Positions 28,001 to 43,000 of a DNA stretch of 64,000 bases are shown here, in pieces (the first letter of the stretch is position 1; each line of letters starts with the position of its first letter). The DNA lies in assembly GCF_964355755.1 (NCBI RefSeq), contig NC_092675.1:11093812-11157811 (forward strand), in the 5' to 3' direction. The DNA is from Antedon mediterranea. Lineage: Eukaryota; Animalia; Echinodermata. The notes beneath the pieces are model-generated. The model saw only the letters and a program-made list of their open reading frames with translations. It made no database searches and was not told where the DNA came from. The translations under genes and the position numbers were made by a program.

Positions 28001-31000
28001 AAATTGGCAAACATATTTCACCTCCACCGGACGTGTAAAAAAGCGTGCAACCAACAATGAATCAATCATGTGATAATCGGAATACGCGATTATCAATTTT
28101 GGGGGATCCAAGTTTTAATTAAATAAACGCTTTGATTACACAGTGGTTGAGACAGGTTTTTAATAGTTATCACATTTTTAAACACCTTCATAATTAATGG
28201 ACTCTACCAATGTTGATCTGCAAAGAACAACAGATCGTACATCACACAAGGTTGTTGAGGAGGTGTTTTTTGGTTTTACTGTACAGTACTACAATCTGAT
28301 TACAAACTTGTTAAATGATTTAAAAGGCATGGATTCGCCAAGCAAGTAGGCCTATGTACGTTTAATAAAAATTTACCTAAGATTGTCTTAAGCTCTTGTT
28401 CAAACTTGTTATTTATATAGCGATAATCCACTCGTTCCAGCATGCATGCTAGGCCTCTAGCCGGACCTCTAGCCTAGGTCTACTCCTCGATCAATCGATG
28501 TCTCTGGTGGGGGCAATTTCCCAGCGATAAGAAATCGGCGAAATATGGCTCATATAACGGCCTACATTTTAATGTACTTTTATGCCAGTGTAATTACGTA
28601 TGGATAAAAGAATATAAAACTCAATATTTTTCATCTAGAATGTTAAATTTCGTAATGTAGCATTAACACGGAAATAGTTTATTTCGATCTTGATTGTTTT
28701 TGTTGGCTTCAAATATGGTAGTTAGAGCTAGGGCTAGCCTAGGCTTTTTTTGCCTCAAAAAGCTAGGCATACTTTTATTTAATAAACCTTTTTTAAACTT
28801 TTGTTGAAAAAATATTTATATCTAGAGTGAGCCAGGGTGCTATGAAAAGTGTTTGAAAGTCTTTTTGTATCATTTGTGTAAATTGTTTATTTTGCCGGCA
28901 ACACATTTTGGTCTGGAAAAAAAAAAATTTTTCCTACCGACCTACCCATTTTTGGGATTTACTCAAAACGTGGCCAACACAATAATTTTTTTTGTTGGGC
29001 GTAATTAATAGCTGTACTGTACATTTGGAAACTGGCCTTGTGGGTTGGGAGTAATGGGATATCAACATAATCAGAATTTGTACTGGGAAGGTTTTTAAAC
29101 TATATTTTTAAAAAATCACCCAATTGCGGGGTATGTTGGAAAGGGGAGGGGGTTCGGGTTTGCTTATTATGGAGATACTGGCATCCGGGGTAATAAGGTA
29201 TCAAAATTATATGGAAAGTATGAACCCACCATTGAGTAAAGATTTTAGAAGTTACAGATGATTTACCGAATTTCTGGAATATAGGTAACCGACCTCTGCT
29301 GGTGATGTAGTTACACTGGCCACATCTGTTAGTTCTATGTATCCATCTGATAAGACTACATCTCCTGTTTCTACAACCTTAAATGAAATATTCATTCAAA
29401 CAACAATTAGTCACAATAATAACTTGCTTTCCTACAATTAGAAGAAAAGGGGTGCGAGTCATTATATACATACGGTACATGAAAGAAAGGGAATCACTAT
29501 TTGTGGCAACCATCACTGTGTATTCTATAATTTCTGCATCTATCTTTCGAGGCTGGCATCATATGCCCAAAACTGTGGGTTCAAGTTAACCTGTTTAATA
29601 AGAGATTCTCAAACTATACAAAATTGACATTTTTATTTCATTACATAAGAAAAGCTGAACTCTTTTAATTTGGCTTGAATTAGAAGGAAACAAATTTTAT
29701 TTATCTTGGTTGTAGTACAATGTTATTCTACCTTACACTGGATGAGAATACGATTTTCTTGTTTCCACATGTTAGTCTGAATAGTTTGTCCTGGAAGCAC
29801 TGGCTTCGAAAATCGAACCTATAAAGTAACATTTATATTAATGTAACAAATTAGAGTATGTGCTCACAATTTAATATGTAAGAAGAGGTTGAATTTTAGG
29901 TGGAGTCATAGAGATAATAAATAACCACTTACAAGCCGTTATTGCTAATTTGAACAATGATTAAAGAATATATAAAAAAATAAATTGTAGTTCATAAAGG
30001 TAATCTGTATTTAATGTACTGTATGTGCATGTTGCGCTTGTGCAGATAACTTAATTCATTTATGACACTGTTTACATTCTTTATCAAACAAAGGTTTATA
30101 ATACGTTTCTTTATTTATGGTTAAAAACAGTAAAATTTCTTCACATTTAAAATAAAAATACATTAAAAAAGAGACTTGCATTACCAATTATTGTTTAACA
30201 TTATTTTGTTAACCCAGAATTCCATACTGGGGTTGTATATGCTACTACTGGTCAGACATATGAGGTAAATATATCCACAAGGTCCACTAATAATTAGCAT
30301 CAACTACTTGTGACCACAAAGATTAGCATATACTGTTATTGTGCAACTTAAATACAAGTCAATTTGATGTTTTACCTTAATAGCTTTAAACTTGGAAACA
30401 TCATTTCCAGCATACTGCTTTAAAACATGACGAGTAGCATAACCAAAGGAACAGAGACCGTGAAGGATTGGTTGAGAAAAACCTAAAAAAAAACCAAAAT
30501 AAAGACTTGTCTGTCAATATTAGACTTCTTATTTGGTACTGAAACTCCAGTTATTCATGTCTATAAAGGTATAATTTTATGGCAGCGCTTGCATTATTTG
30601 TTATGAATGAACCTTGTATTTTGTTTTTTAAACATTAGATTTATATAAACAATGTGTTACAATAAGATTAAACATAAAAACTAATGATTCAAGATTGAAG
30701 AAAATTTTTTTTAAAATATGAATAAACAAATGTACATCAATTTGTGATATTCCGTTAAGTTAAACCAGACACCCTGACGGGGACAGACATTCCTATGCAA
30801 TTGATTGATACATTTTTTGTGGTATTCATCAAGTTTTTAAAACTGTTAAAACTACCAATTAATAACATAATTTATTGATATTGCCAATGTTGATTTAATA
30901 TTTTAAAATAAATTACTAAAATTTTATATAAAATTATTATTTCGGAAACTTTGTTATTTGGCCATTCGCCAAGTGGTCAACAGAGGGCATAATTTGTTTA

Positions 31001-34000
31001 CATCGTTCGCATGGCTAAAACATTTACGTTAATGTTTTAGTCAAATTGTCGAAGGTTTTGCTTTATTGCATCATTATCCCTAGCAGTACTACCTCAAAAT
31101 CTCTCTGAAAAGAAAGTTTGGAAGTTTTTCTTAAAAAATACAATACAAAGTGGATAAATATAAGTGGGCTGAATCGTCCCGGCCCGAATCATCCAGATAC
31201 CTCTTGTTCTTCTGCTAGCTCGCTGACACGGTCCCTTGCTTGTTATTCACTATTGCGCTGTTGGCATTCTATTGTCTTGTAGAAAGGTGTAATATGATCA
31301 CAGTTAATCAACAATTGTGATTTGCCCACAATAGTCATCCTGCAACGCAGCGTAGCCTATATTGGAGTATATGGAAGTGAAAAGGGACTAGGCCTACTGT
31401 AGCGTGATAAACAAGAACAAGCGATATTTACGTTAATGTAAACTAATTTATGCTGTAGTATACATCTATGCTTTTGATTTATAGTCATGTGATTAGACAT
31501 ACGATTGGAATACTAAATAACTGCTACAAAATCGCGATAGTATTGCATCGTCGCCACAGCGAAGCAAGAACAAAATGTCAGAAAACTTTGATAGTTTGAC
31601 CACATACATATTTCAAAGCTGAACTGAACTCAACTATATCAATACCTATTTAAATTGATATATTTAATTTCATCTACAAATTGATGTAAATAAATATTGA
31701 GCTATAATAAGCAACAAATATTGCGATTTTGTTGGGGCTTCCCCTAGACGTACGTTAATTTGTTTATTGGAGGGAAAAAGTATGATCATTTTTAGTCGCG
31801 TGGAAGCGACTCTATAGTTCACTATGTCGGTCGGTCGGTCTGTCTGTCGGTCCGGTATCACAATGCGTTTTATCGCTTTCTGACCTTATCTTGATATCAG
31901 TTTAATCTAGTTAAGTCAATTTTTCACAGTATATTCCTTATGGCCAGGAATCGATGTGGTTATGTTTTTACGGTGCGCAATACAAAATTACGCGGTCTAC
32001 GCACGATTTAACGAAATCACGTTTGTAATCATATCTTCACAACCATGAATCACAATTAAATAAAATTTGGTACTCATAAATTTCAGGGCATAAATCATCA
32101 TATGGCAGTACAATTACGTGCGTAGCGCATGTAACGCATGCGTACGCGCGCTTAAAATTTTCAAAATTTATTTTCGATGAAATAAGAGTACGTTTCAGAC
32201 AATTTTAAGCGTTTACAAAATTGCCATGAGTGCGCAGATTTTTGCGCGCGCACTGCACGTTAAATGTTATTGCGCACTCTTTTTGCCCGATTTCTGTTTT
32301 CTTGACTTACTTTTCAACTCGAAATTACATTATACGAGCACGTCAAAAGTGACAGGCTACGCACTTGTAAATTAAAAAAATATAACTGTTTTTAAACATT
32401 TCAACATTTGTAAACATGTTCAGTAATTTCGGTCAGTTGGTAGGTTGGTCGGTCGGTCGGTAAACACTAAGCACGCGACTGCAGCCATCTATATGGCCTT
32501 GTTTTTAAGAGTTTAAATTTTTTTAATAATTATTGGAAGGATAAGAGTTGCACTAGACAATATTGCAATAGTTAAGATAAGGCAGGATAAGTGAGCAGTA
32601 ATGAATACGAAGAATGTTAGGGGGTAAAAAAGAATAAAGTCTAGTGATGATGCTAAGACTTTTTGACATTTTATTCTCAACAAAATTAATATGACTTTTC
32701 CATGAAAGTCGAATGTCTAGATGAGCTCCTAGAAATGTAGCAGATTGGACTGAGGGAATGTCATGATTGTTAATAGAAATGTTATAGTTTGCAGTATCAA
32801 TGTTTTTGATTTTCTGAGGCGTCCCAAACAGGATGAAGTTACATTTTTTGTGGTTAAGAGAAAGTTTTGTTAGCTGAAAAGTATTGAGACATGAGGGTCA
32901 GATTGGTATTAAGAGTATTAAATAGGGTTTGAATATCAGGGTTAGAGTAATAAACAGTGGTGTCGTTAGCATATAGAAAGAAGAATTGAAGAAGAAAGAT
33001 AGATGTCATTAATATATAGAATAAATAGGAGGGGACCATGTAGAGAGCCTTAAGGAACACCACAAGTAACAGGATTGAAATTGGAGACAGAATTAGAATA
33101 CTTGGTACATTGGAAACGATTGGTAAGGCAACTTTTGAAAAGATCATATGCAGGCCCTCTGATTGGGATAATTTAAATAAAATAATAATGGGATAGTTTA
33201 AATAAAAGTATATTTCCGACCATCTAGAGATGTTATATTTTTAAAATCGCCTCAACTCGCCCCCAACCATGGTGGGCCTGAGTTGATGTGGACCTTCACA
33301 ACATCCTGGATCCGCCCCTTAATTGAGATAAAGTTTTTTTCTCATTATGTTGTCTTGTTGTATACGTATTACATTTTTATTTAGCCAAAAAAAACAAAAC
33401 TTAAAACTACAGAAAATGCCAATTTCGTGTGTTGATGTCCTTTACTGTTGTTGGCTAACAAATCTTGAATTGAACTACAGTTTCAAAGCTCTAGATCACT
33501 GTGCTCCACTTACTATCTGTCAGCTTTTAACTAAAGTCACTTCCAACGGCCGTATGAACACTAGGCAAATTACTAAAGGAGATCTTGTTTATCCATCGTC
33601 CTCACCTTGAAATCTTTAAACTTTCTTTTAGTTTCAATGCTCCTTCTTTCTTTAACTCTCTACCTTTTTAAGCATTCGTAACTCTTACAATTTCTTCTTC
33701 TTTAAATCTCTTTTGAAAAAAACCCTGTTTCTCTCTCTCTGATTTTATTTCTTTTTTTCCTTCTTTCATTGTAGGCCTACTGTATATTTATATATATATA
33801 TTTATTTATATTTTATATTTATTATTTTTTATATTTTTGTTAATTTTGTATTTTTATAGTTTATTTTGTATTTTCTGTTTGTAATGTTTGAGGGTACCTA
33901 ATGATCAGCTTATGCTGGATGGATCAATAAAATATTGTTGAAATAAAAAAAAATAAACATAACTTTAGATTTGGGATGGGGGGTGGGGGAATTAAGTTTA

Positions 34001-37000
34001 AGGTGTGGGTGTATAAAAAGGGCTAAAAGTACTAGGTGAAAATTGAGCTAGGATAGACATAACTTTAGATTTGGGATGGGAGAATTAAGTTTAAGGTGTG
34101 GGTGTTTAATAAACAGGGCTAAAAGTGCTAGGTGAAAATTGAGCTAGGATAGACATAACTTTAGATTTGGGATGGGGGGTGGGGGAATTAAGTTTAAGGT
34201 GTGGGTGTTTAATAAACAGGGCTAAAAGTGCTAGGTGAAAATTGAGCTAGGATAGACATAACTTTAGATTTGGGATGGGGGGTGGGGGAATTAAGTTTAA
34301 GGTGTGGGTGTTTAATAAACAGGGCTAAAAGTGCTAGGTGAAAATTGAGCTAGGATAGACATAACTTTAGATTTGGGATGGGGGGTGGGGGAATTAAGTT
34401 TAAGGTGTGGGTGTTTAATAAACAGGGCTAAAAGTGCTAGGTGAAAATTGAGCTAGGATAGACATAACTTTAGATTTGGGATGGGGGGTGGGGGAATTAA
34501 GTTTAAGGTGTGGGTGTTTAATAAACAGGGCTAAAAGTGCTAGGTGAAAATTGAGCTAGGATAGACATAACTTTAGATTTGGGATGGGGGGTGGGGGAAT
34601 TAAGTTTAAGGTGTGGGTGTTTAATAAACAGGGCTAAAAGTGCTAGGTGAAAATTGAGCTAGGATAGACATAACTTTAGATTTGGGGTGGGGGAATTAAG
34701 TTTAAGGTGTGGGTGTTTAATAAACAGGGCTAAAAGTGCTAGGTGAAAATTGAGCTAGGATAGACATAACTTTAGACTTGGGATGTGGGAATTAAGTTTA
34801 AGGTGTGGGTGTTTAATAAACAGGGCTAAAAGTCCTAGGTGAAAATTGAGCTAGGATAGACATAACTTTAGATTTGGGATGTGGGAATTAAGTTTAAGGT
34901 GTGGGTGTTTAATAAACAGGGCTAAAAGTGCTAGGTGAAAATTGAGCTAGGATAGACATAACTTTAGATTTGGGATGTGGGAATTAAGTTTAAGGTGTGG
35001 GTGTTTAATAAACAGGGCTAAAAGTGCTAGGTGAAAATTGAGCTAGGATAGACATAACTTTAGATTTGGGATGTGGGAATTAAGTTTAAGGTGTGGGTGT
35101 TTAATAAACAGGGCTAAAAGTCCTAGGTGAAAATTGAGCTAGGATAGACATAACTTTAGACTTGGGATGGTGGGTGGGGTGTGTAAACAGGGCTAAAAGT
35201 GCTAGGTGATTATTATTACCTCCGCCAAGGAGGTTATGTTTTCACCCCTGTATGTTTGTGTGTGTGTTTGTGTGTTTGTGTGTGTGTTTGTGTGTGTGTC
35301 TGTGAACAGCCTGGAGGCCACAGTTTTTATCCGATTCTAACCAAATTTGGACACAATGATCTATGCCCAAAAAGCTCGGACGAGTTCGAATTTGAGGGGA
35401 AAGGTCATAGGTCAAGGTCACAACTAACAAAAAACTATTTTACTGCCTAGAGACCACAGTTTTGATCCGATTCTCACCAAACTTAGCCACAATGATCAAT
35501 GACACATCATATAATTGTGGTTAAATTTTGAAGGGTCAGGGTCAAAGATCAAGGTCCACAAAAAAAAAAAAATAAAAAAAAAAAAAAAAAAACAAAAAAA
35601 AAAACCCTCAGTGGGACTTGAACCAGCGATCTCAACTGTGAGAGGCTGGATACATAACCATTACACCACACTGTCATCCACAACTTTGTAGTGTGCAGTT
35701 AACATATTTACACTTAGAACTAATAAAAAAAAATGTTAAAAAAAAAATATTCAGGGGGAATTTTATGTAGGGAATTTTACAGTAGGCGGAGGTTTGTACT
35801 CTCGGAGTACCCTCTAGTTTTGTCTATATTATTATTCTAGACCTGGTTGTTTAGGTTTTATACAAAGTGTACGTATTGCTAAATTTACTTCGTCATTTAA
35901 TATTTGACCCCCTGGATTATATCCATAATAAATTGTATGTAGTAATAATAGAATGTGTGTATTACATGACTATTAATTATGCAGTTTTGACAGATTGGCA
36001 CTTGAATGAATTTGAATAAAAGGTGCTGTTAAGTTAATGGATTTGAATATAACACATTATGTTTATCTTGTAATGATTGATGTATGATATTAGTTTGTTT
36101 CAATGTAAAAGTTAATCAGGCAGTCACTGCAATAAACATGGAAAGGGTTGCCCAAAAAGTTTGCTACTGTACTACTTCTAAAGCTCTGTCTACACTATCA
36201 AACTACTAGTTTGCTACTGTACTACTTCTAAAGCTCTGTCTACACTATCAAACTACTAGTTTGCTACTGTACTACTTCTAAAGCTCTGTCTACACTATCA
36301 AACTACTAGTTTGCTACTGTACTACTTCTAAAGCTCTGTCTACACTATCAAACTACTAGTTCACTGTACTACTTCTAAAGCTCTGTCTACACTATCAAAC
36401 TACTAGTTTGCTACTGTACTACATCTAAAGCTCTGTCTACACTATCAAACTACTAGTTCACTGTACTACTTCTAAAGCTCTGTCTACACTATCAAACTAC
36501 TAGTTCACTGTACTACTTCTAAAGCTCTGTCTACACTATCAAACTACTAGTTTGCTACTGTACTACTTCTAAAGCTCTGTCTACACTATCAAACTACTAG
36601 TTTGCTACTACTTCTAAAGCTCTGTCTACACTATCAAACTACTAGTTTGCTACTGTACTACTTCTAAAGCTCTGTCTACACTATCAAACTACTAGTTCAC
36701 TGTACTACTTCTAAAGCTCTGTCTACACTATCAAACTACTAGTTTGCTACTGTACTACTTCTAAAGCTCTGTCTACACTATCAAACTACTAGTTCACTGT
36801 ACTACTTCTAAAGCTCTGTCTACACTATCAAACTACTAGTTTGCTACTGTACTACTTCTAAAGCTCTGTCTACACTATCAAACTACTAGTTCACTGTACT
36901 ACTTCTAAAGCTCTGTCTACACTATCAAACTACTAGTTTGCTACTGTACTACTTCTAAAGCTCTGTCTACACTATCAAACTACTAGTTCACTGTACTACT

Positions 37001-40000
37001 TCTAAAGCTCTGTCTACACTATCAAACTACTAGTTTGCTACTGTACTACTTCTAAAGCTCTGTCTACACTATCAAACTACTAGTTTGACAAAACTAAAAT
37101 CTATGATGTGCTCAAATAATAATGGTACTAATATACCCAAATATTGTAGTGATATGACATCATCAAGTCCATATATGTGCACATCACATTTTTTTGTCAC
37201 ATAAAGTTTGATAGCGTAGACAGAGCTTTTAACAGCTTTTTAAACAGTAAACAAAATGTGTTTAATTAATGCAGTAACTGCAGTAGAATAATTACCTCCG
37301 CCAAGGAGGTTATGTTTTCACCCCTGTATGTTTGCGTGAGTGCGTGTGTGTGTGTCTGTGAACAGCCTGGAGGCCACAGTTTTTATCTGATTCTCACCAA
37401 ATTTGGTCACAATGATCTATGCCTCAAAAGGTCGGACGAGTTCGAATTTGAGGGGAAAGGTCATAGGTCAAGGTCACAACTAACAAAAAACTATTTTACT
37501 GCCTAGAGATCACAGTTTTTATCCAAATCTCACCAAACTTAGCCACAATGATCAATGACTCATCATATAATTGTGTTAAATTTTGAAGGGTCAGGGTCAA
37601 AGATCAAGGTCCACAAAAAAAAAAAAAATAATAAGAAAAAAAAAAAATTCTCTGTAAGACTTGAACCAGTGATATCAACTGTGAGAGGCTGGATTCATAA
37701 CCATTACACCAAACTCTTATCCACAACTTTGTAGTGTGAAGTTAGCCTATTTACACTTAGAACTAATATAAAAATATAAAAAAAATATATATATTCCGGG
37801 GACATTTTATGTAGGGGAGGTTTGTACTCTCGGAGTACCCTCTAGTTTAAACATGGTTCCTACTTAAGTATTCTATAGTCTATTGATTAGTCTTATGTAA
37901 GTCAAAATCATCAACAAACAACATGTCTACTACCACCATTTTGGATCATTTCTTTTGGTTACCAGCATTTGCAAGATACCTTGCATGGCTACAGTATTGG
38001 GTCACACTGCAATATTTGACATTTTAACTTTTGACATGTAACTGTTTACAGCTGTATTATAACACCAATTGAATGTTGAAAAAAGTAATCATTATTAACC
38101 TCACCTCCCATTGCAGCAAACGATGGGTCAATGTGTAGTGGATTATGGTCCCCACTCAGCCTATAGATGGCAGCTTGGTCCACAGTTGTTATCTGTTTAA
38201 CAGATGCATCAGGAGCTCTACTAGGTGTCTTGTAGGATTGCTATATATAAAATACAAATATAGTAAGACTATATATTAGATAGCCTTTGTAAATATGTGA
38301 CATGATTGGTTGAAACTGCATCACATGACTACTGCTGCGAAGATCGTAAAAAATATATTTCCTCGAGTACGATGATATTGACGGAGTAATCTTTGGGTCA
38401 TTTTCCTGTCATTAAACATATAAAATCCAGGAAATTCTCGAGTACAATGATATTGACTGTGTAAATTTCGTGTGGCAACACTTGTGTGTTTGCCGATAAA
38501 TAAACAAAAGTCATCTACTGAGACGTGAACTTGCGAAGATCAGTCCACATCATCACGAGACAATGTTTTACCCGCTGCGTCATGCTTGCTTGAAGAAATT
38601 AATCAATTAAACTATTTAAACTATAACTACTGTACATAGCGCCCTCATTTCTTATTTGCCCTCCCTAGATGTGATGAAAGACAGTTTGTGATTGGTCAAT
38701 ACTCACGGTAGTAACCTGGTATGCGCGGCATGCTAAAATTGGGCTCGTCAAAGACGAATTATTATTATTAATGAAGGCTTATTGATGGAAATTTTTCTGT
38801 TATTATTTAAGTGAATATTTTATTGCCAAGGAATCATTAATTAGTAATTATCTATATATTATTCTTCGCAAGGTAAGGTACTGTAAATGCAACGCCTAAC
38901 TATAGGCAGGCTTATTACATAAAGTGCATTTCTTTGAGGTCCCCAGAACATATACTAAAAGTCCCAACAAATCCGAATAGGGGAAAACGTCTAATGGCCG
39001 CCAAAATTAAAAAATTTGACATATTTTTACTTCTAAACTTGATAGGTGGTACAAGCATGTTTAGAATGGTTCTGAATGCAATACGGCCACCAGAATTCAA
39101 TAATTCTCACTTAGCGGATAACCATTGTGATTGTGGGGATTTTTTTTTTAGAATTCTGTTTTTCTGCAACTTTTGTCTGGAAGGTTATTTTGATACTTGT
39201 ACACAGTACATTTTGTGACTTTGAAGGAATAGAGACCTAATGTGATGAGCAGCAACCTTCGTTTTATGACATCAGAGCCGCACAGCACAAATTACAACGG
39301 GTTACAAAATTTTCTGATTGATCATAAATTCAGAACCAAATATTTTTAACTTGAATCCGTGATATTGAGCAATTTTTACGTGTTTGCATGTTACGCGCAA
39401 TAAAAAATTATATTAATTTTGCGCACGTCTCAGGCCATATTGAGAATTTCAAAATTGTTTTTTGCATTGCATGTGCGTACTTGTGCACATACTGTCTTAG
39501 CCGGTTTTTTTTCTTCAAACCTTTTGGGATAAATTCCATTCATTTTTATGTACTTTAATTGCAAAATAACAACGCACATTTGTGGATGATTTCTGGTATG
39601 TTTGGCTTACAAGAACGATGATAATTCCCATTCTATTCAAGAAATTCATAATTTCACAAATTATTGTGAGGTGTCAAATATAAGTTTTGACACCCCCTTG
39701 GGAATTATGTTTTGCTCAAGGGAATATATTTCCCTCAGCAGGGATGTCAAATCTTATATTTCACCTCTAAGCAGGCAATATCTGTATAATATAGCATTCT
39801 AAATAAATTACATATAGTTTGCAATGATTTTACTAGAATCACTGGTTACGACGCTTTATATATTCATATGTCTAATTGAATGTTAAATTCAACCAATCAA
39901 ATTTAAAGTCAAATTGCATGTTGAGAAAGTTTACCTTAATTTTATCGGAATTTCTCTTCCCTCCAAAATGTCCAGCTCCAACAAGGAATGTTATAAACTG

Positions 40001-43000
40001 ATTATAAGCTACCAGCTGTTTGGACTCATCAAATGTTTCAACTATAATGTCAAAAAGCAATTACAAATTTTATACAGGGGCCATTTTGAACACAGTTTTT
40101 TAAAATTTGACTGTTACAGCTGTTGTGAGTATTGTATTACTGTATTCACTTTAAACAGAAATTATTAAAATTTCTGGATGTCAAAACATATATAAAGTAC
40201 ACATAATTGTCAGTTAGTTTATTAATATTTTCCCCCATTTCCTCAAAACACTGTACATTTTCCTGCCAAGTGGTAAATGAACTTGGAATATCATGGTTTT
40301 GAGAACGGACATGCTATCTTGAAACTTACTTCCAACCACTATGACCGCTCCAGAACCTTTATCAAGGATGTCAAGAATTGTAGCAACACTGGTCAAAGTG
40401 CCTGATGATGGTAGAGGGCGATATAACTCAAGGTACTGCTCACCATGTAAAATCTAGATATAACAAAAATTATTACAAATAGATGCAATGTTAAATATTA
40501 TTTAAAAGTAGTACATTATGATGAGCACTAAGTGCATATAATATGTGCGCTATATAAATTATTATGAAATAACATGTGTGTATTCACGACACCTTAAAAT
40601 AATGGCTTATACCCTTTTCACATTTCCAAAAAGTAAAAACTTGTAACAATGCGCAACCATGTTTGCATAGGGTAAGGACAATTTTTTGGACGACAGGCTG
40701 GTATTAAACCGACTAAATAGGGTGTAACTTTCTCCCAAGGCTTCTCACAGTTCGTGTATGCATGTATAAAAATGTGTAATAAATCGGGAGATCAAACCTG
40801 GTTAACAAGTTGCAAAAAGGGTATTAGTCATGTTACATCAATCAATATTTACCTTGGTAACGTCAATATCTTCCAAACCGGGTATGGAACTGCCAAATAG
40901 ACCCATTGATGCTATTTGTGCTGGAATTACACCATATGATGGCAACACACAAAACTCATCGTTTAATTCAAAAAGAAATTTTAAGTGATCTGTTTGAGAT
41001 GTTGAAACACCAACTAAGACAAAAAACATAACACAATTTTTATAATGTTAATCTCTAATACCCTCTCTATATATAAATACGGTTTGATTTAAAAAAGAAT
41101 TAAATTGTTTTAAAAGTTTTAATGACTAAATTGATTATTATGTACTTACCCCCAAGTGCATACAATATAGCATCTCTAGAAGTGTAACTAAATGTGGCAG
41201 GTGGAAACTGAAAACCAATTGCTTTACTCTGAAAACAATTTATTGTTAGAATATGTGTGGATAAACTTCTACCAGTAGATAAAAAAATGTATCTGGGTTT
41301 GAACAGTTGTATTTGTTCAAGCTAGTTTCAAATATTTTTATACAAATTATGCAAGTCACTATATTAAAGGACAACTTTACAGAGAACTACATGACAACGT
41401 ATTAGGGAAAAATTGCTAGTAAACACACTTTTTAAATAAATCGTAACAAATATTTTTGTTGAATTTTGTATTCTGCAATTAACAGACTAAACATTTTGGC
41501 TAATTTAAGCCTAATGCAGGTCAAATTAGCAATTGAAATGACGGGTACATATCTCTTGTATGTTAACAACAGTGAAAACTCACGAGGTAGATATATGCTA
41601 TGCATACATGACGTCACAGCAATTTACAGCGCAAAACTGTAAATCATACTTGAAATCATATGTCAAAATATGGTTCTTGGTAAAGTTGTCTTTTAAGTAT
41701 TGGTGGCAATAATATTATATTTTTATTATATGGTTTATTGTTCATATATTTTTTCAGGGTTGTGAGCCACTGATTTGTGTTACATGTTACATACTGGATT
41801 GAATCCATCTCCTGATGTTTCTTCATTATTAGATGATGGTTCCTCTGATTGATTGTACTCCTCTAGAGCTTGCAACATCACCATATTTGCATCTAAAATT
41901 ATATTTATCACCATTATACAATTTTGTTCCATTTTGATTGATATAAATTTACTAGGCACCTAGATAAAATCAGTTTAAACTAGACATGAAACTCGTCACT
42001 TTGACGAGTTAGTTATCCGCACGACAGATGCCACGTGCACGTCATACGTTAAAAACTATAATAAGAGGTGGTCCTGTATTTTCGCCTTGTAGCCTATTAT
42101 AATTATACAGTACACTGTGTATAAAAGGAGACATTAATTCTACATGATACAGAGGGCGGCAAACAACAATTTGCTCACATCAGAGACTATGCTGGTGTAC
42201 ATTGTACTACTGTATTATTATATGACATATTAACTGAATTATGGGACCTGCCTTTAATTCAAATATTTAACATGATGACGTCATAAAAAAAACAACACAA
42301 CGATAGCAATTTCTGAAGAAAATTATCTTAGCAACAACATATTAACGTGTAGAAGAAATTTGAATACGTAAAATGTTGGTGCGCGCACATTTAAATGTGA
42401 TGAACTATTACGCAAAATATGAAAATACGACTTTTTTTATTCAACTGGCAATATGATGACGTCACAACATCCGATTGGCAAAATGTTTACATGAATTCGT
42501 ATCTACAATCCTATAGCTTCCAGAAAACGTTTTAATCGTGATTATCACATTTTATTCTTACGAGCTATTACAGATTAAAATTTACTGTAAAGATGAAATT
42601 AATGACCCACGTAATTAAAATTTTTAGGCATGATGACGTTATAAAAATTAAAATATTTTTATCTCATGCTAAAGAAAGTTGATTAACCTAGACAATATAT
42701 AAATATAGGAGAAAAAGGAATACAGATAAGCGTGATGCGCTCCATTGAATGTGATGAGCAATAACGAAACAGACAAAAATCCTATATTTTACATTCGTGT
42801 GGCCATACGGTTACGTCACAATGTTTTTTTAGCCTTATCGATGCATGATCCGATATCTGCAACTCATCAACTTCTAGATTTTGTAATAAAAATAAACGGT
42901 TCACGGTTTACTTTAGAAACTATGACTGTTTAAAAAAAGACATTATTTTGATGATTTTTTAAGCTTTTTCATAAAAAACGCGCACAAATTGTCTAATTCA

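Noticed and set aside
35605-35675. Functional tRNA gene
   Set aside because: Acceptor and anticodon stems pair poorly, and it sits inside a repeated element; treated as tRNA-derived.
36159-37086. CRISPR-like appearance of the 47/50-bp repeats
   Set aside because: No unique spacers, eukaryotic context, no cas genes; the unit derives from a MITE end.
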